Shown: in pieces, positions 9,984 to 19,290 of the stretch | Layout of the letters: the number at the start of each line of letters is the position of its first letter | How positions within the stretch are numbered: position 1 is the first letter of the stretch | Source of the DNA: an uncultured virus (IMG/VR IMGVR_UViG_3300005758_000005) | Taxonomy: Duplodnaviria > Heunggongvirae > Uroviricota > Caudoviricetes | IMG/VR virus record: IMGVR_UViG_3300005758_000005 | Location: 1-64,000 of that record | Length of the DNA stretch: 64,000 nucleotides | Strand: one strand, 5' to 3' | Notes under the pieces: generated by a model | Told to the model about the DNA's origin: nothing | What the model saw: only the letters and a program-made list of their open reading frames with translations | Database searches by the model: none | Position numbers and translations under genes: made by a program

Positions 9984-10892
9984 TTAGTCGTATTTCTTAG
10001 TGAATAACTCGTCAATCCACTCTTGGTCGCCGTAACCAAGTTCTTCCTTCCAATATCTCTTAAGTCTGTCATAGTCAGCATTTGTAAGAGTTGCGACCTT
10101 TACGAGGCCTGTAACTGCTGCCTTCTTGACATTACCTGTGAGTTCGGATGCCATAACATTCTTGATTTCAGTAACTTCATTGCTCTCTGTGTGAACAGGA
10201 GTTCCAAGCATTGCATCGATATACTCTTGTGGGAATCCAGCTGCTTGAGCCTTCTTGATGAATGCAGTCTTTGCTGCAGAATTAGCTTCAGAAACCTTTA
10301 CAAAGGTAGCTTCAGGAGCTGCAACCTTGACATTCTTCTTTGCTGCATTTTGAGCTTCTACAATCTTTTCAATCTTGTTAGCTAAACGAACTCTGCGCTC
10401 ATGTCTAGCTGCAAGGATTGCATTTACCAATGGTTGATCACCAGCTGCAATAGCTGACTCAACTGCTTCAGCAGAAAGCTGACTTGGGTGATTGAAATGA
10501 ATTTGTCTATTTGCCTTCACGTCTTTACCTCTAACAACCTTTTCATGTTCTGTTTCATTCATAGCTTCTGTATCATCATCAGCTTCGCCGTCTTCGTCTT
10601 CAGTTTCTTCAACTTCTTCTTCGACTACAGCGCCATCTTCGTCTTCATCATCATCGTCGTCTTCTTCATCATCAGAATCTTCAGCAAGAGCTTTGAGAGC
10701 TGCTAAAACAGCATCTTCATCGCCTTCTGCAGTCACATGATTCTTGAAATGCTCAACGAGTTCTTTTGGCATCTTTGGGCTTTTCTTCTTGGCTTCAACA
10801 ATGTTTAAGCCTTCCCAGTTGATACCTTGATACACGAGTTCAGAGTCAAGTTCACCCTCTTGAACACGGTTTGGAAAAATTCTATCTGCCAT
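9984..10892 (-). CDS. Acidic scaffold/core-like protein with duplicated C-terminal module
   Basis: 302 aa with a long D/E run. Two related segments: FVKVSEANSAAKTAFIKKAQAAGFPQEYIDAML and LVKVATLTNADYDRLKRYWKEELGYGDQEWIDELF. Has its own putative promoter and a downstream hairpin. Confidence 0.65.
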   Translation of the reverse strand: MADRIFPNRVQEGELDSELVYQGINWEGLNIVEAKKKSPKMPKELVEHFKNHVTAEGDEDAVLAALKALAEDSDDEEDDDDDEDEDGAVVEEEVEETEDEDGEADDDTEAMNETEHEKVVRGKDVKANRQIHFNHPSQLSAEAVESAIAAGDQPLVNAILAARHERRVRLANKIEKIVEAQNAAKKNVKVAAPEATFVKVSEANSAAKTAFIKKAQAAGFPQEYIDAMLGTPVHTESNEVTEIKNVMASELTGNVKKAAVTGLVKVATLTNADYDRLKRYWKEELGYGDQEWIDELFTKKYD

Positions 10893-10928
10893 ATTTTTTA
10901 GTTCCTTCGAGAAGAGTACAGAAAAAAA

Positions 10929-10954
10929 GTTCTTTATTAAAGCTTAATTTTCCT
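10929..10954 (-). promoter_or_regulatory. Putative SigH-type late promoter (AGGA-N18-GAAC)
   Basis: Minus strand AGGAaaattaagctttaataaaGAAC in the intergenic gap upstream of the 302-aa gene. Confidence 0.6.
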
Positions 10955-10985
10955 GCTAAATTAATATATTTAATTATAGTTTTTA

Positions 10986-11360
10986 TTACTTAGTTTCCTT
11001 GAAAACTTGTAATTCTCTATCCTTATACCAAATTCTGTCACCAATTTTAATGTCATTATCCTTAAAAGCATCTTTTCTAGCTTCTACTACATAACGAACT
11101 TTGCTTGATTTTGGAGACTTCATTGTGCTGTCATTTTTCTTTAAATCAACAAAATCTACAATTCTTGAATTTTCATCTAAGAAAGCTAATGAAAGATCAA
11201 AGCTTACATTCTGATTCCAAAAACTATATTTATCTGGTGTGTTAAAAATAAAAATAACAGCTTCATCATCTTCAAGAGGTTCAGCAAACATCAGACCTTT
11301 TGTTCTTTTTTGGTCTGTGTCTGCAACGAATCTTACTTTAAAGACGAAATCGGGGGTCAT
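10986..11360 (-). CDS. DUF192 family protein
   Basis: VADTDQKRTKGLMF...FWNQNVSFDLSLAFLDE...RYVVEA...IKIGD matches the DUF192 pattern. Confidence 0.85.
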   Translation of the reverse strand: MTPDFVFKVRFVADTDQKRTKGLMFAEPLEDDEAVIFIFNTPDKYSFWNQNVSFDLSLAFLDENSRIVDFVDLKKNDSTMKSPKSSKVRYVVEARKDAFKDNDIKIGDRIWYKDRELQVFKETK

Positions 11361-11860
11361 ATCTTTTTAAATTTAGACGAAGAAGCAGTTTTAACAGAAG
11401 CGGTCTTAACTGATTTTGCTTCTGTGTAATCAAACTTAGTCTTCTTTCTTGCCTTTCTAAATTCATTAACTGGATTATTTAAATAATGATCTCTTAATGC
11501 AATTCTAGCCTTATCAGTAAGAGTTACGCTTCTTCCGTAACCTTGTAATAATCCAGCAGTTTTTAAATATAAGAGTTCATTATCAGAAATATCTCCAGGA
11601 ACGCTACAAAACTTATCACCATTTCTAGTGTTTAAAGCTAATCCTGCAGCAGTTGTAATAGTATCTACATTCTTGTCAATCATCTCAAGAAGTTGAATAT
11701 CTCTTTCAGAAACTCTTGCGGATGTCTTCTTATTATCATGCTCAGTTACACCTAATAATTGCAACTGAAGACCTGACATACCTGAATCGCTAAGACCTTT
11801 AAAATCAAAAAGTTCTTCATGTAAATCTAACTTATGTACTGGCTTAACTGGTAATGGCAT
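11357..11860 (-). CDS. Hypothetical protein, possible winged-helix
   Basis: 167 aa with GGAG SD; LLYLKTAGLLQGYGRSVTLTDKAR resembles a wHTH wing; C-terminal tandem SVKTASVKTAS. Confidence 0.7.
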   Translation of the reverse strand: MPLPVKPVHKLDLHEELFDFKGLSDSGMSGLQLQLLGVTEHDNKKTSARVSERDIQLLEMIDKNVDTITTAAGLALNTRNGDKFCSVPGDISDNELLYLKTAGLLQGYGRSVTLTDKARIALRDHYLNNPVNEFRKARKKTKFDYTEAKSVKTASVKTASSSKFKKI

Positions 11861-11869
11861 ATAATTCTC

Positions 11870-12313
11870 CTATCTTAATGGACCGTATTTAATTCCTGGG
11901 TTATTTGCTTTTTCTTTTTCTATATTCTCGTCTAAAAAATCATCTAATTCTCTTAAACCTGGATTAGACATTGTAAATCCATCTTCGTAAATTAAAGCTG
12001 GACCGGGTACATCAGCTTCTCCATGTAACTGCTCTTCAATACCCTTAATTCCTTCATCTCCATCAGGCAAATCGTTGTATGTAGGAATTTTGTCTCTATA
12101 ATGTTTGTTTCTTAAAAAATCTGCATGACTGAAATCGTATGCAACATCTTTCCATTTTGTCATATGCCCAGAAAGATCATATGTAGTGTCGCTAATTGAT
12201 GGAATAATTTGAGCGATTTTAATATTAATAAGATCTGCAGAGTTAAATAGGCCGAGCTTGTCATAATAGTCGGCTTTTTTAATTAGTTTTAAAATCTTTT
12301 CAGTTGCTTTCAT
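11870..12313 (-). CDS. Hypothetical head-associated protein with conserved N-terminal leader
   Basis: 147 aa; begins ILKLIKKADYYDKLGLFNSADLINIKIAQ. Confidence 0.7.
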   Translation of the reverse strand: MKATEKILKLIKKADYYDKLGLFNSADLINIKIAQIIPSISDTTYDLSGHMTKWKDVAYDFSHADFLRNKHYRDKIPTYNDLPDGDEGIKGIEEQLHGEADVPGPALIYEDGFTMSNPGLRELDDFLDENIEKEKANNPGIKYGPLR

Positions 12314-12337
12314 ATCTTAATCTATTGGCTACAAACT

Positions 12338-13432
12338 TTAAATTATTCCTTTGATATGATTTTCAAATGTTTTCAAAGAGCTTATGATTGTTTGATCCAT
12401 ATTCATATAAGCATAATTAGCAAGTCTTCCACCAAAAATATATTTATCTTTATCAATCATCTTTAAATATTTTCTAAAGATTTCATTATTTTCAGAAGAA
12501 TTAATTGGATAATATGGATCATTTAATTTGTTATATTCTTCAGGGAATTCATATGTAATAATAGATTCTTTAATTGGTCTATAATTGAAATATTTATGTT
12601 CTATGATTCTAGTCCAAGGTATGCTTTTGCTTGGAAAATTAACTTGTGCAATTCCCTGATAATCTTCGTGAACTAAATGATGGGAAAATTTAAGAGATCT
12701 ATATTCCAAATCTCCATGAATGTAACCAAAAAATCTATCAATAGGACCTGTATAGACAACATATTTTGCCATCTTATCAAAATCATCTCTAGAGGCAAAG
12801 TAATCTGTATTTAACTCTAGTGGAATATCACCTAAGATTTTTTTAAATAAATCTTCATATCCATCTTTAGGAACACCAGAATAAAGCTTTTCATGGTAAT
12901 CATCGTTGAAATTAAATCTTATCGGCAATCTATTGAATACAGAAGAATCTATTGTCTTAGCATCTCTTCCCCATTGCTTTTCTGTATAGCCTTTAATTAA
13001 TAACTCGTAAATATGCTGTCCAACAGAATCTATAGCAAGTTCTTCAAAATTTATGGGGTTTTTAAATTTATAGAAAGATTGGAATAAATCTTTAACTTCG
13101 GAAATAGATGAAAGTTCTGGATAGATTTGATATATTGTTTGAAGATTTATAGGAAATGAATAATATTGTCCATTTGTAAACGATTTAACTTTGTGCCTGT
13201 AATGATTGAATTCTGAAAAGTTATTTACATATTCCCAGATTTTTTCGTTATTAGTGTTGAAAATATGAGGCCCGTATTCATGAACATTGATACCATTATA
13301 ATTTTTACTGTAACAATTTCCACCAATATGATTTCTTTTATCAATTACTAAGACTTTTTTGCCCAGATTATGAGCTTCTCTTGCAAATACTGACCCAAAA
13401 AATCCAGAACCAACAACTAAATAATCATACAT
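12338..13432 (-). CDS. glf: UDP-galactopyranose mutase
   Basis: FAD motif VVGSGFFG, HIGGNCY, HEYGPHIF, GYTEKQWG, LEYRSL, WTRIIEHKYF, PYYP, GRLANYAYMNMDQ. Confidence 0.95.
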   Translation of the reverse strand: MYDYLVVGSGFFGSVFAREAHNLGKKVLVIDKRNHIGGNCYSKNYNGINVHEYGPHIFNTNNEKIWEYVNNFSEFNHYRHKVKSFTNGQYYSFPINLQTIYQIYPELSSISEVKDLFQSFYKFKNPINFEELAIDSVGQHIYELLIKGYTEKQWGRDAKTIDSSVFNRLPIRFNFNDDYHEKLYSGVPKDGYEDLFKKILGDIPLELNTDYFASRDDFDKMAKYVVYTGPIDRFFGYIHGDLEYRSLKFSHHLVHEDYQGIAQVNFPSKSIPWTRIIEHKYFNYRPIKESIITYEFPEEYNKLNDPYYPINSSENNEIFRKYLKMIDKDKYIFGGRLANYAYMNMDQTIISSLKTFENHIKGII

Positions 13433-13448
13433 AATAATCTTTTACAAT

Positions 13449-14423
13449 TTACCAACCAGGAGTGAATAATGGATCTGTAACTAAATTATGAACTGGAGTG
13501 ATTTTTTCATCATCGTCATCATTATCTTTTAAAAAACTATCCCAAGACGAAAATGGTTCCTTGTGTAAATTACTCTCATAAGATTCTTCAAGATTTAATT
13601 CTTTTTTTTGAAGTTGAGATTTATCTTTTTCAATATGATTTTTATAAGGAGCATCACCACCAGGAACATCAAAAGGCAAAGCTGGTGTGTTCCAAAATTC
13701 ACTATAACCACTTCTATTTTGCTTAGGTAAAACTTCCAAATACTCATCTAAAGTTAAATCTGCAGGGCCTAATAGCGGAACAGGATTAGGAAAGTGAGTT
13801 TTTCTATATGTTTCAAATTCGGATTGTTCTTCAGAATCGTCAACAGTTACTCTATCTCTTCTTTTAATTGGATAGGCAGCGACAATCTTATCTAAATCTC
13901 TAATAGCCCAATGAATTCTCTCAGGCTTAATTAAATCTGGAATATTATCAATTAAGTTAGATTTAAATCCATCTTCGTATTTTCTCTTAGAACTCAATAA
14001 CTCTTCAATTCCAACAACATGCTCATTTTTTGGTTTGTAATGCTCTTTGATAAATTTGACAGAGTTATTTCTTAATCTATTTCCAGCATCTTGAAGAAAT
14101 TTTTCGTGCTTTTCAATTTCTTCTTTAACCTTTTTCTTATATCTTTCTCTAGGAGTTAATTCAAAAGGGATAGTGTCATCTTCGGAGAATCTATGGAAAA
14201 TTTCAAGGCGAACTTCAATGTTTCTCTCTTCAGAAGGGTCAACAGGATTATGGGTTCTTGCTAAAAAATGCTCAAATGAAATATCCTCAATAAAAGCATT
14301 AATATCCCAACCTCCAGGATTATAACCACCTTTGCCTATAGGACTTCCACCTGGCGAATAAGGAGACGCTGTTCCACCACCACCAATACCGCCAAACTGA
14401 GCAATTTTAATAGATTTTTCCAT
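13449..14423 (-). CDS. Hypothetical head-associated protein
   Basis: 324 aa; N-terminal IKIAQ followed by a Gly/Pro-rich segment; IExxL motifs. Confidence 0.7.
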   Translation of the reverse strand: MEKSIKIAQFGGIGGGGTASPYSPGGSPIGKGGYNPGGWDINAFIEDISFEHFLARTHNPVDPSEERNIEVRLEIFHRFSEDDTIPFELTPRERYKKKVKEEIEKHEKFLQDAGNRLRNNSVKFIKEHYKPKNEHVVGIEELLSSKRKYEDGFKSNLIDNIPDLIKPERIHWAIRDLDKIVAAYPIKRRDRVTVDDSEEQSEFETYRKTHFPNPVPLLGPADLTLDEYLEVLPKQNRSGYSEFWNTPALPFDVPGGDAPYKNHIEKDKSQLQKKELNLEESYESNLHKEPFSSWDSFLKDNDDDDEKITPVHNLVTDPLFTPGW

Positions 14424-14426
14424 ATA

Positions 14427-16040
14427 TTAAGTCCTTGAAGTTGGATAAGAACCAGAGTCTAATGTAAATGTTTTGATAACAGTTGTATTATCACTTGCAT
14501 ATAAAGATAATGTTGTTCCTGATATAACCCACTTGCCAAAACCATAAGCTCTAGCAGCATTCAACGCATCACCTACAGTATGGGCAGTGTTAGATGTAGG
14601 AACAGATTGGGACATGTCAATTTGTGTGTAAGCTAAATTAACAGTAAGAACAGCTCCATTAGTACCCGCTGCTCCTCTTACGTTAATTGTTACATCAGAA
14701 GAGCCTGAAGCAAAAGCAGCATTCGGCACGTCTAATCTATAAATTCCAGGCATTGTTGTTGAATTAATTTCTGCAAAACCACCTGAAGTCCAAGCTCCTG
14801 TTGCTGTCTGACTTACTAACGAAATCTGAACTGGAGTACTTCTATTTCTTACATAGTAGGCTTGCAGTCCTGATGTATTGAATGTTAGACCTTTCACACC
14901 TAGGTACAGTTCGATGGATTGTGAGGTGCTACCGGGGGAGATTGTGATAGAAGATGAATTACGCTCCGTTGGAAGATAGGAGCCTATACCAGATAAATTT
15001 CTATAAGTAGAAAAACCAATATCTGGATTTGCGCTTGTCCATGTGACACCATAAATGTCAGATCCAGGGGCATTAGTCATAGTACCTGTATTTATATTTG
15101 GACTAACTTGTTCTGGAGAAAAGATCATAATTGGATTAAATCCTAAAACTGTTTCATATCCATGAGAAATTCCATAAACGCCTACAGATTTTGAATTAGC
15201 TCCAATGGTTACATTAGAATATGCAGTTTGACATCCTATTACACGATTATAATCATCATCAATGTATGCTGTACCAGTACCAGAAATCCCAACACCATTA
15301 ACGTTTGCCACAAGAGTATTACGTATTTTTAACGGAAAAGATGCATCACCAATTGTTGCAGCTAAAGGACAGCGATAAAAAGTACAATTTATAACTAGGC
15401 CTTGAATATTACGGATTAGAGAAACGGTATTTCCAATGACCAAGCAGTCAGACATTTCAAATGTATCTGTAACATTTACTCCGTTAATCCAAGGAGTATA
15501 CGTATGACCAACAAAAACACATTTGCGTATCTTCAAATTACTGGCAGTAGCTGCGGTCGTAGTCCAATAAAAACTGGAACCGTTGACACCTGCGTAATTT
15601 ACATTTTGTTGGAAAATACATCTGGTCCAGGTAAAATTATTGCAAGTTAAACAATTGATAATATTATTATTGCCTCCACCGCCTCCCTGAAAATATAATG
15701 AATCAAAACTCAAAAATGCTTTTGATGTTGCGTTTAATAAATTATTTGTATTTGCTGGAGAAGAATCCTCATTTGAATAATTTGAAATTTTTACAAATCC
15801 TGGAGATATGCCAGTAAATTGATTACATAAAATGTCACCAATTATTGAAGTAGTACTAGAATATGTACCACCAATTGTAATATTTTCAGTATAAACGCCG
15901 GGAGCTATATATAAAGTGTCTCCTGAATTTATTCCAGTAGCACCTAAGGCTTTTTGTATTGTTCGCCAAGCTAAAGAAACACTTTGCCCTAAACCAGTGT
16001 TGCCATCATTTCCATCAGGTCGCACATAATAAGTTGCCAT
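14427..16040 (-). CDS. Right-handed beta-helix (pectin-lyase-like) virion protein, possibly fibre or decoration
   Basis: TYYVRPDGNDGNTG...AWRTIQKA...GDTLYIAPGVYTE (DUF1565-like start), N/T/C-rich parallel-beta repeats, and a separate C-terminal domain (GGFAEINSTTMPGIYRLDVPNAAFASG). Confidence 0.7.
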   Translation of the reverse strand: MATYYVRPDGNDGNTGLGQSVSLAWRTIQKALGATGINSGDTLYIAPGVYTENITIGGTYSSTTSIIGDILCNQFTGISPGFVKISNYSNEDSSPANTNNLLNATSKAFLSFDSLYFQGGGGGNNNIINCLTCNNFTWTRCIFQQNVNYAGVNGSSFYWTTTAATASNLKIRKCVFVGHTYTPWINGVNVTDTFEMSDCLVIGNTVSLIRNIQGLVINCTFYRCPLAATIGDASFPLKIRNTLVANVNGVGISGTGTAYIDDDYNRVIGCQTAYSNVTIGANSKSVGVYGISHGYETVLGFNPIMIFSPEQVSPNINTGTMTNAPGSDIYGVTWTSANPDIGFSTYRNLSGIGSYLPTERNSSSITISPGSTSQSIELYLGVKGLTFNTSGLQAYYVRNRSTPVQISLVSQTATGAWTSGGFAEINSTTMPGIYRLDVPNAAFASGSSDVTINVRGAAGTNGAVLTVNLAYTQIDMSQSVPTSNTAHTVGDALNAARAYGFGKWVISGTTLSLYASDNTTVIKTFTLDSGSYPTSRT

Positions 16041-16074
16041 TATTTAATTATCCACAAAATAATTTTCATATCTA

Positions 16075-19000
16075 TCAAATTCTTCTACCTAATGAAATTG
16101 TCCTAGAACCTGGTAGTCTTTGCATGATTTTACTTGTTAAACATTCATAAGATACAGCAGCTATGGCATCACAAATATCATCTTTATATCCTTGCAACGC
16201 TGAAATATAATATCTAGAACCTTTCCATTTTTTTTGTAGGAATTGAAATTGTATTTTTGCTTCCTGAATTTCATTAAGATCAAATTCTCTTCCAGTGGCA
16301 TCTTTAAACTTACCTCCTGAAAGATCATAAATATCAATCCTATCCTCTCTCAATAATTGGGTAAGTTCTGTGTAAATCTTTTCCTTATATTCCTTATTAA
16401 ATTGACGTTCTAATGCATTAATACCAGCACTTTGTAATTTAATAAGAGATGATTGAGAATGCCATTGATCAAAAGTCACTTGTTTAAACTTGAACCTTTT
16501 GTGTAATTCAATTATATATTCTTCAACTTCTCTCTCAGACACAGGTTGGTTTTTAATCATAGGATTCCAAAAATGAATATGATCAATTACAACTCTTCTT
16601 AGAGGTCTATTATCAGGTCCAATTGAGCCATAAATAGGTTCAGAGTGCGCTACAGCAAGAGCATAATAATCAGATGTTCGAGCTGGATCTAAATGACAAT
16701 AATAATCAACTAAAGGCTGACCCTGCTCTCTTCGTCCCACCATTGAAGAAGAATTGAAAAATCTATCAATAGCATCAGGGGTGAACATTGGATCTGATGA
16801 AGAAGCTCCGAATTCCGCCCCATATTGCATTTGATGTTCTACAGGGTTTTTCTTTTTCTGATCATCTAGCCAAGCTTTATCAATATTAGGATTTGTTAAC
16901 CAAGTAGGTAATCTCATCACTAGAGTTGTTGGATCATCTTGTCTGTTCTCATGTAAATCATATAACAATCCAATAGGGCCTTTAGGGTTAGAAAGCATCA
17001 TCATCTTTCCATCCTTACCAAAAGTAGCTAGAGAAGGTTTCAAGTCATCATAAAGAGAGTAGTCAACACCAGAATCAGGATTGTCTCCGGCCATAGCAGC
17101 TACCTCGTCCATAATAATACACCAACAAGTAAGACCAACAAGACCTGAAGCATTACTAGAACCACAACGCAAAACAAGAGATCCAGGAAATAAATTAATA
17201 CCAGCTACTTCTCTTCTTTCATTTTCTTTTCGGTCATGGTCTGTATAGAATCTCATTTCAAGTTCAGTATCTTTTCCAATAAAGGGTTGAAAATATGGAG
17301 ATGCTAAAACAGTCTGCTTAATTTTAGAGAAGATAGCTTTTTTAGCCTGTTCTTCGTTCCTAGCAACATTAAGTAGAACAATCTCGTCAAATTCCATCAA
17401 ACCATATCTAGATTGAGGATGATCCATAGAAATTAAACGATATAATTCATAAAGAGCCATGGCAGAAACAAGGAACGAATTATGAGTTGGAATCATACTC
17501 TTTCCAATTAAATACATATGGGATGGATGTTCTACCTGAATACATTGCATGCCCGGATTAGGAACAGGATTGCATTCTTTAATAAAAACTCTATATTTAT
17601 CAGATTTATCGATTGTTGGTTTATTATCTAATATTGCTTGCTTTCTTGGTAAATTAAATACTTTATCACCAGGGCGAACAGAGTAAGTAATTCTCCAACG
17701 ATCTGAGGTTTTTCTTCCATAAAGTGTTGCATCAGATTTCTTAATACTTGCCTTAAAACCTAACCCACAAACAAGTTCATAATAATCATAAGCTAGAGTT
17801 TCATTAGTGTTGCAAAATTCTACAGTATATTTTTTAGGATCTACATAACCATCAGTATCATTCAAACCTCTTAAAAGCTCTAATCTTTGTTCAATAGATG
17901 CTTGCTTGTAGATTAATGGAATATGCTTGTTTTTAAATACGCCAATTTCTTTAATCAAATGTAAGAATATTTTATGTGTTTCTGTGTTAGGATGAATATA
18001 ATGTGATTTTTCAATTGTAGAACAGTGTTTAATTGTATGATTGCAATTAGCTTCAATATAATCAAAAATTTCCATATCAATTCCAGTTAATTGATAAGAA
18101 GATTTACAGCCATCTCCTAGCCATGCTCCAAGAAGATAGGGATGAATTAAAAGATCTTGCTCTGAAAATTGAAGGGGTTTTGTAATCTCTATAGCATGAT
18201 TGTACTCTACAGTAAATTTCTCTCTTCTTTCAGTTTGTGAGCCTTTTTTGAGCATCTGTCTAGGCTTACCATATGTTAAAGATTCATAGATTTGTTGAGT
18301 TGTAAATACTTGAGGAACAGGGTCTTTAGAATATTTACCTCTAGATGCGTTTTTTCTTTGAGCTTTCGTGAGAGTCACCCATTCATGATTTTCACCAGCG
18401 ACAATTCTATCTCCATTGCTAAATACTAATTCATACGCTTGCTCATCATAATCTATATCAGATTTTGCAATGACTTTAGTAGCTGTTCCATCTGGTGCAA
18501 AAACATAATCTCCTACCTTGACTTCACCCATTGTTGACCACCCAGATGTCGTATATAATGGGGTGTCTAACAGTAACAATTTTCCCGAACGGCGACCAAG
18601 CACTAAAACTAGTTCTTGAAATTTGTATCTTTTAGTACATTTGTTAAGAACCTGCAATCTGAGTTTAGGATCGAACTCTTCAGAATATAGCAGATCTTTT
18701 TCGCTTTGGAAGTTATCTGTAATAGGTCTTGCTTCGAGTTCAAGTACCTGTCTTTCTGAGTCTGGGTTTGTGGCTTCTTCTTTTGCAGCTTTATATCTTG
18801 TTTCTCTAGCGGATTCTGAAAAATTTGAACATGTTAAGCAGGGTGAATTTACTACAGAGAAAATCGTTTTAAGATTCCTGCCTTCGTTATAAAAAGTTTC
18901 AAATTTAAGCTCATTGTCTTTAATATATTCCCAGACACAACCTTTACAGCCATTTCTATCCTCTGGTAAAATATCATCAATTTGCAGAGTAGTGTTGCCT

Positions 19001-19290
19001 TCTTGTCCCATATAGAAGCATTTGAGAATTAATCTTTGCCATGGGTAGGGTTTTAAGTTACAGTAATAAGGATGTTCAATAAATGTTACAATATCTACAA
19101 TTTGATCGGGGTTAAATCGGTCTTTGGGTGGAATCGCTGGTGGTAGTGATTCTGATCTAGTTGCTGGCAATACTTCATCTAAAAAATCGTATCCTTGATC
19201 TTTAAGAAAGTTTGTAGCGTTAGCAGCATTTTGCAAGAGTTGAGTTTTGAAATCTTGCTGGTTATTTTTATCCTTAACTGTTTTTCGCAT
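16075..19290 (-). CDS. terL: Terminase large subunit, intein-containing
   Basis: Walker A LGRRSGK|S split by the intein; NVARNEEQA; Walker B IIMDEVA; LSNPKG; RNase H-like nuclease HLDPA...FDQW...KDDICDAIA. Confidence 0.93.
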   Translation of the reverse strand: MRKTVKDKNNQQDFKTQLLQNAANATNFLKDQGYDFLDEVLPATRSESLPPAIPPKDRFNPDQIVDIVTFIEHPYYCNLKPYPWQRLILKCFYMGQEGNTTLQIDDILPEDRNGCKGCVWEYIKDNELKFETFYNEGRNLKTIFSVVNSPCLTCSNFSESARETRYKAAKEEATNPDSERQVLELEARPITDNFQSEKDLLYSEEFDPKLRLQVLNKCTKRYKFQELVLVLGRRSGKLLLLDTPLYTTSGWSTMGEVKVGDYVFAPDGTATKVIAKSDIDYDEQAYELVFSNGDRIVAGENHEWVTLTKAQRKNASRGKYSKDPVPQVFTTQQIYESLTYGKPRQMLKKGSQTERREKFTVEYNHAIEITKPLQFSEQDLLIHPYLLGAWLGDGCKSSYQLTGIDMEIFDYIEANCNHTIKHCSTIEKSHYIHPNTETHKIFLHLIKEIGVFKNKHIPLIYKQASIEQRLELLRGLNDTDGYVDPKKYTVEFCNTNETLAYDYYELVCGLGFKASIKKSDATLYGRKTSDRWRITYSVRPGDKVFNLPRKQAILDNKPTIDKSDKYRVFIKECNPVPNPGMQCIQVEHPSHMYLIGKSMIPTHNSFLVSAMALYELYRLISMDHPQSRYGLMEFDEIVLLNVARNEEQAKKAIFSKIKQTVLASPYFQPFIGKDTELEMRFYTDHDRKENERREVAGINLFPGSLVLRCGSSNASGLVGLTCWCIIMDEVAAMAGDNPDSGVDYSLYDDLKPSLATFGKDGKMMMLSNPKGPIGLLYDLHENRQDDPTTLVMRLPTWLTNPNIDKAWLDDQKKKNPVEHQMQYGAEFGASSSDPMFTPDAIDRFFNSSSMVGRREQGQPLVDYYCHLDPARTSDYYALAVAHSEPIYGSIGPDNRPLRRVVIDHIHFWNPMIKNQPVSEREVEEYIIELHKRFKFKQVTFDQWHSQSSLIKLQSAGINALERQFNKEYKEKIYTELTQLLREDRIDIYDLSGGKFKDATGREFDLNEIQEAKIQFQFLQKKWKGSRYYISALQGYKDDICDAIAAVSYECLTSKIMQRLPGSRTISLGRRI
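17479..18579 (-). mobile_element. Intein (367 aa, class-3 signature) with LAGLIDADG homing endonuclease
   Basis: Starts LLLLDTPLYTTSGWSTMGEVKVGDYVFAPDG right after GRRSGK. Block B IVAGENHEW, block C PYLLGAWLGDG, block E LLRGLNDTDG, block F MQCIQV, block G IPTHN; +1 residue is Ser. Confidence 0.92.
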
